Of a stretch of 64,000 nucleotides of DNA, positions 54,201-64,000 are shown piece by piece (position 1 is the stretch's first letter; every line of letters starts with the position of its first letter). The DNA is taken from assembly GCA_016748015.1 (NCBI GenBank), contig JAAOMT010000061.1, positions 1-64,000 of the forward strand, given 5' to 3'. The position numbers and the translations under genes were made by a program. The notes beneath the pieces were generated by a model. It did not search any database, had not been told where the DNA came from, and saw only the letters and a program-made list of their open reading frames with translations. The DNA comes from Geosiphon pyriformis uo1. Its lineage: Eukaryota; Fungi; Glomeromycota.

Positions 54201-57200
54201 ATGGTTCAATAATTTTGGGTACACAAAAAATAGACAGTTTTTGAGATTTTATAACTTAGAAATGCTTGTTTCAAAGATAGTAAAAGATATAAAAGCAGAC
54301 AATACATCTGATTATAATCATTTTATTAAGAAATAGTCAAGTCTAAATAATGAAGTGGCTTTAAAAATTGCTGCTATAGTTTGTGATAATAAGAACATAA
54401 GTAAAGTATTAAAACAGCTGTCTTTAATTAAGAAAGAATACAGAAAATCAAAATATTATAAATTAAAAGTGGCCAAAGATACAGTCATTAAAAAAGCAAT
54501 TAAGAGACAAATGAACAATTTCAGTTTAAACAAAGGCAGCATAATAAGAAGTGTTCTAGAACAATCTTTTTGCAAAGTTGTTCTGAATCATTTGGTAATT
54601 AAGGATGAGTTGATTTTGGAACTGAGTAAAATAAGAGGTAGAATGAATAAGATTATGGTAGATTAGATAAAAGAGTATAAGATACTATTAGTGCTCTCTG
54701 CTGCATGGTCTTGCCAATATGCACCTCTGAACTATGTTGATAAAAATGTTTTCTCTGGTGTAATAAATATAATTAGTATGAGTGAACTGATTTAAGTTGT
54801 TAGTGACTTATCTAATAGCAAAATGGCTGGTTTATCTAAAATATCAAATAAACTGTAAAAGCATTATGGTAAAGTAATATTAGAGTACCTATTGTGTTTG
54901 TTGAATTTTTATTTATCTCTTAGAGAAGTTCCAGATCTTTGGAAGAAAGTGTGGATTTTGATGATCCCCAAACTGTATGAGTAAAATAATGTCTTAATAA
55001 ATACATGGCCTATTGTTTTAATTAAAACAGCTAGAAAGATTTTATCAAAAATTTTATTAGATTGTATTTTCTTTTTCTGTTCAAAATATAATGTTCTTTG
55101 TAGTGACAACTTTTTTGTTTTAAAGGGTACTTTAACTCAATTTTTTGTGTTTGCTGTTGGCTCAATAGTAAAGAATACTCTGAAAAAGGGCTGAAAAGTT
55201 TGGCTTATCCTTTAAAATATGTGAAAGGCATACAATTCAGTTGGTTGGCATTATCTAAAAACTAGTTTGAGGCATATTAGAATGTATAACAAATTTATAA
55301 GGTTTTTTGAATATATACATAAGAACAAAATCAACAAAATAATAACTAATTTTGGTTTTTTAAATGGTTACAAAGTATTAAATAGGCTGGATTAAGGCAA
55401 AGTGTTTTCACCACTTTTATAGAGAATTTTTTATGATTTTTTGTTGTGTAAGATTAAAAAACAGAAATATTTATGTGGTTATAGAATTAATATGAACTTT
55501 ATGACAAGAATAGGCAGGTTAAAATCTGGTGAGAGCAAATCTTTTTTTTTACAGCAGGTGCTTTTGTTGACAATATAATTTGGGTAGAAAATAATTAAAC
55601 TTCAACACAACACATTTTGGATATTGTTAGTGAATTTTTCAAGATAAATAACATTTTTATTAACAATGACAAAACAGTGGCTATTTCTATTAATTAGAGG
55701 ATTGTGATTGCTTTTTTGCACATTTGTGGTCAGTCTATCTCTATAGTTAAGTGCAGTAAGTATTATAAATATTTAGAAATATATTTTTCAATAGAGAATA
55801 TGTCTAAACTTAATCTTGTTAAAGCATAGTCTAATGTTAAGTTCTTTTCAAATTTGGTTCTTAGAAAGACTCTGTCAGATAAGCAATTTTTGTATCTGGT
55901 TTTAGCTGTCTTACAGCTTATTGTTAACTACCAAACACAATTCAGCTTTATTTCTAAGATAATGTGTTAGAGATAGGATGTTATAATAAGAAAAAGGCTG
56001 AGATCAAAAGCTAATTTGCCCAGAAATTTTCTTAATAAGACTCTGCATTATTCATTTTTTTATGATTTGAAAACATTTGTACAACTACAGCCTGAGAGTA
56101 AGATTATTGCACTAATGGAGTTCTCTAATTCACTTGGGATTCTTGAATAGTTGTTTGAGTATTATTTTTTGGACTTACAAGTTTTGAAATAGGCTCCAAT
56201 AAATTCTCTACAGCATTTTGTCAAATTAATAATCAATTTTTTAAATAATTTTCTTGCAGATATAATAAGAGTTTTGATAAATAACAAAATCTTCTTGGCT
56301 AATAGTTTTTTCAGTACATTTCATGGTTCTGGTCATCTTTTTATGTTAAAGATTTTGGAAGATCATTTTTATTTTAGTGTAGTTCACTTTCTAAAGTGTT
56401 TTAGTGTTGTCTTTGAAGACAAATTATTGAATAAGCATAGAGTGTTAATAGAATAGAAGACTTTTTGTTACTGGAAAAGACTAGATTTTAGAAGCCTGAT
56501 TTTATTATGGTTTAAGAAAGTTTCGATTTATATGAGCAAGCTTTCAGTAGTTTCAAATGTGTTAATTTCTGCTTTGGATTGTTCAGATCTGTTGTGTTTG
56601 AACACTTTTTTGAATGTTCAAAATTGCTTATATAAATTGTGAATAAATGTTTTTAGTATATACATGAATGGCTCTTTGAAATACTTGAGTACATCAGATG
56701 TTGCTAGTAGAATAGCAGCTTATTTTTTGGATATTGAAATAAGCATAGGAGTTGAAATACATAAGTTGTTATTTTCTACATTGATTGAACTACAAATAAT
56801 TGCTTTGGCTTTGGAATGTGTTTCTTTGGCTTGCTCTGTGGTTGTGTATTTGAATAGTCAAGTAGTATTGGATATATATATTTCAGAATTCATGCTTAAT
56901 TGCCTGAACTTTTAAAATAAGTGCTGGGTGAAAAGACATTATATTGCAAATTTAATAAGATCTAAGAATATTTCTGTTAAATGAGTAAAAGTCAAAAGTC
57001 ATTCAGGGGTTTTAAATAATAAAAGAGCTGATATTTTGGCAAGTAAAACAGCACATTCTGGTTTGTTTCTTTCTGTTAAAATTCATAAGAGATTTATTAT
57101 GACTGATGGCCAAGTTATGTCAAACAACATTTACTATTTTGTTCAGGATGTTTATCAGTCTGTGTATTGGGCTCAATGAGAAGTTGGTTTTGGTGCCAAG

Positions 57201-57524
57201 ATTGTGAATGAATTAATAATCACAGACATTAATTGAATTAGTACTGTTGTAGTCTAGCATCCAGATTTGTATATGTTGGCAGAGTTTACAAGCAAACCTT
57301 TTGCCACTCTTTGTACTTATTTAATGAAAGCAGTTTATAAAAAACTGCTGATTATAGTAAGAAAAAAACTCTATAATAGAGCATATTCAAGTGTGTTATG
57401 CCTATTATGTAGTAATGTTGAACTGCTTGATTATGTTTTCACTTGTTTTAAAGACTCTGATGCATATGCTAGCATTTTATTGGATTATGTTAAGTTTTAG
57501 AAATCTCTAACAAATGGTTGTTGC
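51291..57524 (+). mobile_element. LINE copy G, 5'-intact, strongly decayed, cut near the ORF2 C-terminus by Gypsy-2
   Basis: 5' motif 51292-51354, ORF1 of the A/C type (CEKCKQFGHSTFEC), APE/RT/RNase H remnants, CLLCSNVELLDYVFTC. Homology stops at 57524. Confidence 0.88.
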
Positions 57525-58558
57525 TATTACAAGTGATTATTTGAGATCTCAAAGCAAATAACAAACCTGTAACTTGGTGTTCAATTGATAGTTAATAATG
57601 TTGGTTTCTGAAGGTTTTCATGATTTGAAGGGTTTGGTTAAGTTCTTTGTATAATGAACAGAGATTTAATTAATAGTTTTATCTGTAGCTTTCCAAAACT
57701 GCAGTTTCATCAATTTTTTTCTCAGGATAATGGCCAGTAATCTTTCTGGTAAGCTATTCTCAAATCTGAGTGTCTACCCTTATTCCTGGGTCTTTTACCA
57801 GTGCTATATCCTGACATCAGTATCTCCACATGTAAATCTTTTTAATTAAACAGAAAAAACAACAAGAGAAAATAACAGAAAATAAATGAAGTTAAAGAAT
57901 AAGCCAAGGCAATAATGATTAGTATCCTATCAATAGCCATGATCAAGAGCTATTGTTCTAGTGTGATTTAAATATTAATTACTATCAACATGAAGTGTTA
58001 ATAGTGGAGAGTAGATTTGAGATATTAAATAATTATTTATTGATATTTGTGATGTAGAAGGTTGCTTTAAATCAAATTTAAGCTGAGAGGTCTGTTTTTT
58101 TTTCTTCTAATGCTACCATTATATATACATAATTGATGTTCTACAAGATTGCTTATATTTCTAAGCAATGTGCTATGATTTCTTGAGCAATATGCTCTAA
58201 TTTTCTAACATTGCTCCACATTGCTAAACAATGTACCATGATTTCTGATATTGCTCCATATTGCTAAGCAATGTGCCATAATTTTTGACATTGCTCCACA
58301 TTGCTAAGCAATATGCTCACATGCTAACTACTACTCTCTTATTGGTTTACTATTTTCTATATCTGTTTTTTTTTATAAATAACATTATCTTCTTCTTTTT
58401 TTAATATTGAGCTCCATTGAAATTCTTATTTTGAATTATGTCAAATATTTTTTTTTCAAGTAGCATCTGTTCTACCCTACTCTTTATTTCTTCAATTTGT
58501 GAGTTGTTCATTCTTCCCTATTGGTTGATAGTTATTGTTTCCATGTCAAAATGTAACA
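57525..58558 (-). repeat. 3' LTR of Gypsy-2 (~1.03 kb)
   Basis: TGTAACA ends at 58558. TATTACA (TGTTACA with one G>A) at 57525, exactly where LINE G homology ends. PPT is eroded. Confidence 0.75.
58148..58316. repeat. 40-bp tandem repeat containing a 19-bp palindrome (CACATTGCT-A-AGCAATGTG) in the Gypsy-2 LTR
   Basis: Units at 58209, 58249 and 58289, plus degenerate copies at 58148-58208. Confidence 0.88.
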
Positions 58559-58592
58559 ATACTTCTGGGTAGTTTTGAAATATAGTATATAG

Positions 58593-59132
58593 TCAATAAA
58601 TGATCTTGATATATAATGTCAAGTTTGTTTTTTTTCTAATAATGTTTTTAATGTTCCAAATTATCTCTTGATTGAAGATTCTCTTGGATTTGTCAAGATA
58701 TAATTTCTGAATATCTACTTTTCATCACAATTAATAGTAGCAGTATGATATTGGAAGTTGGTCTATTCATTGTTTCCAATTTTCTTTTACCAGTTCTTCT
58801 GTTGAAACCATGGTGGTTATTTTTCTGAAAGTGTTCTTTACTTTCTTTACTATTTTATCTGACCAGTTTATTGATTGTTTCTGTGGTTGCTGGTATAGTG
58901 TATTTTTCTCTTTTTGTTTGGTGTTTTAATAACAGATTGTTTGGTTGTTGATGATAATTTTCATGTCTACTTGCTGTTGACTTAAAGCCTGAAACAATTG
59001 TTGAGCTAACATGTAAATATAGTCTGATACTTCTATTTTCTTTGTTGTTTTTGTTGCATATACTGTGTTTTTATATACTCTTTTGGTTGTTTAATTTGAT
59101 GTGTTTGGTCCGATTATTATGATTAGTTCCAT
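58593..59132 (-). pseudogene. Decayed extra ORF (ORF3) between integrase and 3' LTR of Gypsy-2
   Basis: ATG 59132: MELIIIIGPNTSN*TTKRVYKNTVY...YMLAQQLFQALSQQQVDM...NWSDKIVKKVKNTF...ENWKQ*IDQLP. About 180 codons in one frame; the stops are TAA/TGA, reachable by single transitions. Confidence 0.55.
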
Positions 59133-59159
59133 ATCTCATGGAATTTTATTTGGTTAGAC

Positions 59160-61720
59160 TAGTATTCTCTGTACTCCTAATTGTGGAATATTACTGATGA
59201 ATAGTAATACTATATAGTGATATGGTTTTAGTCAATCACTATGTGCTGCTTTGGTTAAGATTTTGTTATTCTATCTTAATTTATAAGCTCCATTTTCTAG
59301 GATTTCTTCTATGTAAAATGGTTTGTCCCATTTGGGATCAAATTTTCTACTCTATTGTTTTTCTGCTTTGATATGATATAAAAGTACTTTGTCTCCAATT
59401 CTAAATTCGACTGGTTTATCTGGTAGTTGGTTATCATGTCTTTTTTTTTGTTTCTCTTGTGATTTTTAGATGTTATTAACTGCTTTTCACCATTTGCTTT
59501 TTAGTGTCTTCATTAAATTATATGTTCTTTTCAACAATGTTCTTTGAAAATTTTTTCTGTTATTGGTTCTGTTGGATATGTTTTGATTTCTATCTTAACT
59601 GGTAATGTTGCTGTTCTACTGTATACTAATTCAAATGGTATTGCTTGTATAGTGTTTTGCTTTATTATTCTGTAAACAAATAATACTGATGGTATAAACA
59701 AATCCCATTCATTTTGGTTTTTTTGGCTGATCTTGGCTATTGCTTTACACAATATTCTGTTGAACTTTTCAACTAACCTATTTGTTTATGGATAGTATGA
59801 TAATGATAATGATCTTTTTATCCCAAATCTTTGACTTAATTCTGCTAATGTTCTATTCACAAAATAAGTTTTTTGATCTGATAGTAGTTTTTTTGGACAT
59901 TCATATTAACAGATCAAATTTTGATGGATGAATTTGGCAATAGATTCTGCATCTGTTCTTTGAATAGCTTTTGTTTCTGGCCATTTTGTAAGATAATCCA
60001 TGGCTATTACAATATATCTGTTGCCTCTACTGGTGATTGTTAATGGTCCAACTAAGTCAATTCTAATATGATTGAATGATTGTCCCATTTTAATTGGTTT
60101 TAATAGTTTACTGGATTTTGTTTCATCTCTTCTTTGACAAGCATCACAATTTTGAACATATTAGATAATATTTGGATACATTGATGGCCAATAATATCTT
60201 TTTCTGGTTCTTTTTATGGTTGCTTCTTTGTGAAAATGTCCTGCTGTTAGATCTGAGTGCATGTTGAATAATATTGTCTCTTTTTCTAATTCTGTAATTA
60301 CTCTGGTTGGTTGGTCTGGATTTCTTTTGTTCTTATGGTAAAATATATTTTGATGGTTGATAAAATATTTTGATTGTTGTTTTATGTTATTTTGTTCTTT
60401 TTGAGATAATTTCTTCTTGAACAATTGGATATTTATATAATATTGAAGTTGTTGGTATTTTTGTATGTTCATCTTTTTATTATATTTTTGGGTTGAAATG
60501 TTTTAAATTTGTCTTATTCATGACAAACTGTCAGCATTTCTATTTTCTTTTTCTTTTTTGTAATATACTGTATAGTTAAATGATGAAAGTTCTATTTTTT
60601 ATCTGACATGGCAATTGTCTTCAAATTCTTGCTTTTGGATTGAAGTCAATCCTTTGTGATCAGTCTATACATCAAACTTTTTGACTCAAGTATTTTTTCC
60701 ATTTGGTGACAGCCCAATAGATAGCTAAATGCTCTAGTGCTAGAGTTCTATAGTTCTTTTCAGCTGGACTTAAGCTTTTACTGGCATAAGCTACTGAATG
60801 TTCTTGTCTGTTTGGTCTTTTCTGAGATAATACTGCTTCCAATGCTTGATCCAACATATCTGTTGTAATTGTGAATCATTTACTATAATCTGAATAAATT
60901 AATACTGAAGCTTGAATAAGCTTTTTTCTTAATATATCAAAAGTTTCTTGCTGAGTTTCTGTTCATTCATATTTCATGTTCTTTGTTTCTAGTTAATGTA
61001 GTGGTTAAGCTATTTTGGAAAAGTTTTTGATAAAATGACAGTAGTATTCAACAAATCCCAAAAATGCTCTTAATTTTGTGAAATTATTCGGTACTAGAAA
61101 GTTCTTAACAATCTCAATCTTGTTTGAATCTGTTTGATACCATCCTTGTTCACAACATGTTCCAAAAACTTGAGTTCTGTTTTGCCAAAGAAACATTTGT
61201 TGGCATTTAATTTCAATCCTGCTTGTTTAAGTCTTTCAAATACTTGTTGGAGATGATGCAGATGATCATCAAATGTTTTTAAGAATACATTAGTGTTATC
61301 CAAATATATGACTACTGATTTTCATAGTAGCCCAGTATAAACAATTTCTATAAGTTGCTGAAATATGACAGGAGCATTCATCAAGCCAAATGACATCACT
61401 TTAAATTTGAAATTTTTTTCTTACATTGTAAAAGCCGTTTTTTTTTTGTCTTTTGGTTTTATGGCTACTTGTTAGTAACTATTGTCTAAGTCTAAAGTTG
61501 AGAATCATTTTTTTTCTTTAAAAGCATCAAACAGCTCTTGGATCTTTGGGGTTGGATAACTATCTCCTTTTATTACTTTATTCAGTTTCCAGTAATTCAC
61601 ACAAAAGTGGATTTTTCCATTTTTCTTATGAACTAGTATTACTGGTAATGACTATGGGCTCATTGATAGTTGAATTAACCTATTGTCAAGCATCTGATTG
61701 ATTTTTTGATGGATGATCTC
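59160..61720 (-). pseudogene. Gypsy-2 RT, RNase H and integrase remnants
   Basis: ORFs 61094-61303, 61005-61196, 60672-60857, 60161-60472, 59906-60088 and 59531-59752. Confidence 0.92.
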
Positions 61721-62319
61721 ATGGCTGGCTACTAGTACTCTGTATGCTCATTGTTTGATTGGCATTGCATCTCTAGTCTTGATCTGATGCTGAATTATAT
61801 TAGTTTTGCCAAATTCATTTTTGCTTGCAAAGATGTCATTGAAGTTATTGAGTACCATCTTAAGTTGCATCTATTAAAGTGGGTCTAAATTTCCCAAGTT
61901 TATCTGTTCTAATTGTTCTGGTTGAAGCAAATAATATTCTTCTTGTCCATATATTGTTTGTGATATAATATTCACATATCCACAAAGTTGTGGAAAGTCT
62001 GGAATGGTGCTTGGTGGTTGATTTTCAACTTTAGTGTTTAAGTATCTGATTATAGTTCTTTTTGGTATCTCAATAACATCTTCAATTGTGTTGTAGATAA
62101 TAATTTTGATGTGTTTAGGGCTTTTGGCTAATATATAAAAATTGGTAAGTCCAATCTCTCTTGTTTTACAAATAGTTGTTTTTGCTTCAAACATTTGAGC
62201 TTGACCTTTTACTTTTCTTTCTATTATTAACATGTATTAATCATATGATAGAATGGAAATTGATTAATGAGTGGAGATAATTTTTCCCTTGTCAATAATT
62301 TCTTTCTCTGTCATATTAA

Positions 62320-62720
62320 CTGGTATGTCTATTCTACCTATTGATCTGAATCTCTGTATTTCTCTAGCTGTAATTTCTAATTCTTCTCTGTTTTCTACTA
62401 ATACTAATTGAGCTACTTTAACCAAAGACAGGAATATTGCCTGTGCTATCTTTTCATTTGGCTTTATGATATAGGCTATTTTTGAGTCATTTTGTAGCAT
62501 AGCAATAATATTTCCTACATATTTTGCATCAATTATTCCTCCTCTAATGTTAATTTCTTTTCTTACTAAACTACTCCTGGATGCTAATTGAACTATTGTT
62601 GTTGCTAGAATTTCCAGTGCTATTTTAAGATCAATGCAGATGCATGAGTATGGTTTCAATTTGATAGTATCTGTTTCTGGATATTTTAGATCAAAATCTG
62701 CATCAGTATCATGCACACAT
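62320..62720 (-). pseudogene. dUTPase domain within Gypsy-2 pol
   Basis: All five trimeric-dUTPase motifs are recognisable: ADFDL (AGxDL), ASRSSL, GGIIDAKYVGNI, EKIAQ and AREIQRFRSIG (RGxxGFGSxG with G>A changes). Confidence 0.9.
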
Positions 62721-64000
62721 TTTGGCATGATACTCTCATCATTGTCACTAAACCATTTTAGTTTCTGCTCTTTGAAGAGGTCAAGGAGCACAATGTATTG
62801 TTTGGAATTTGAATCAAAGTTTGAATCATTGTAATTTTCGTTGCCATTTTAAACAGAGCTGGAATCATTATTTTCATCATTGTCATTGTTGAAGTTTGAA
62901 TTGGAATTAAACAGTAATTCCGATTCCAATCCACAGCTACTAATTGGTTTTTCTTCTTTTGGGATCATGTAAATTATACATAGTAGTGGATTGTAAATGA
63001 AATTACACTTATTACAATATTAAAAGTCATAGGAAATTAGACAATGTTAACATAATTAAATATTCAACTGCTCTAAACACTGCTCTTGTTCTTCTTTAGT
63101 GAATGTTAGTTACTGGTAATGTTTATGGAATTTTTTCAGATCATCTTCAATGTTGCCAAAGACATTGAAAGTTTGGACGTATTCAAATTCAGGAAGAGAT
63201 AGAAAGTTGTTTTTGATTTTCAGTAGTTTACTGGTTGTTGCATCTTCTGTTTTCACACTTGCCATTCTCCAGATTTCATGTTCATCGTGAGGATATCCTT
63301 CCAATTATTACAACACTCATTTTCAGGCATTGTCAATTAATGTTCTCTTGTGTACCCAGTCATTGATTAAGATTATATACTGACACATTTTATCACATGT
63401 TCCTCCATGTCCAGAAATGTCATTCTACATTTTTTTGTTAGGCAAAATAGTTTTACATGCAAAGCACAATTCATTGTCTCATTTTTCCTGCCATTTTGGT
63501 CATCCAAAGCATTTTATGATGCATGGGCGACAGTAAAATTGTGTTGCTGTGGAGTATTTTTTGTTGTCACCACAGCATGCACTCATTGATGACAATTTCT
63601 TGTCACAATTGATGCATATAAGCTTTGGTTGGTGATAGGTGGATTGTTGTGGTGTAGTATAGGTGTAGGAATTATAAATAGTGGTGTTGGTGGGTGTTAT
63701 TTCTTTCTTCTTTTTTTTTTTTTCCCTTATTGCTTTCTTCCTCCTCTCAAGTTATTAGCTCTTTCTGGTTATTGTCAGTTTCCCAGACTTGGTTGGAATT
63801 CCAGGTAAGTTTTTTTTTTCTTTCTTTTCCTATTGTTGTCTTAAGAAAGTATTAATAATAACTTGTTGTGGTCTTCATTGGCCCAAAAAACTTAGTATGC
63901 TTCCCAGGTAGGTTTTTTTTTTCCTTCCAGTTTGATCAATAGTTGTTTTCCTAAAGAAGCTTAAAAATGTCTACACATGGCTGGGACTCACATGTATTAA

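Larger units (their letters stand above)
57525..64000 (-). mobile_element. Ty3/Gypsy LTR retrotransposon 2 (pol with dUTPase, extra 3' ORF, 3' LTR); continues beyond the window
   Basis: Order: Cys-rich region, dUTPase, RT (IYLDN), RNase H (VAYASKSLSPAEKNY), integrase (H-x6-H...CDAC, IDLVGPL, KWDKPFYI). RT-RH-IN order is Gypsy-type. Confidence 0.94.

Noticed and set aside
58148-58316. CRISPR-like array of palindromic repeats
   Set aside because: The inter-palindrome sequences are themselves repeated (no unique spacers), there are no cas genes, and the array lies inside a eukaryotic LTR.

Overview
AT-rich eukaryotic (fungal) genomic DNA, almost all decayed retrotransposons around one intact host gene. 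Composition, short GT-AG introns and the element types suggest an early-diverging fungus such as a Glomeromycotina species (inference). Contents: (i) seven copies (A-G) of a ~6.8-kb non-LTR (LINE) retrotransposon superfamily. ORF1 has an RRM-like core, a CCHC knuckle and a coiled coil. ORF2 has APE endonuclease, RT (FVDD), RNase H and a C-terminal CCHC. The copies share a 5'-terminal hairpin, an AUGA ORF1/ORF2 overlap and a structured 3' UTR. (ii) Two Ty3/Gypsy LTR elements, each nested in a LINE. The right-hand one carries Cys-rich modules, a dUTPase, a probable second degenerate dUTPase fold and an extra ORF downstream of integrase. (iii) A probable third LTR end at the left edge. (iv) An 11-exon TOM70 gene (619 aa) with an 8-nt microexon. 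(v) Extremely AT-rich spacers, at least partly fossil repeats eroded by C>T/G>A mutation. All TE copies are inactivated mostly by transition-type stop codons, suggesting repeat-targeted cytosine deamination. No prokaryotic genes, RNA genes or CRISPR arrays were found.
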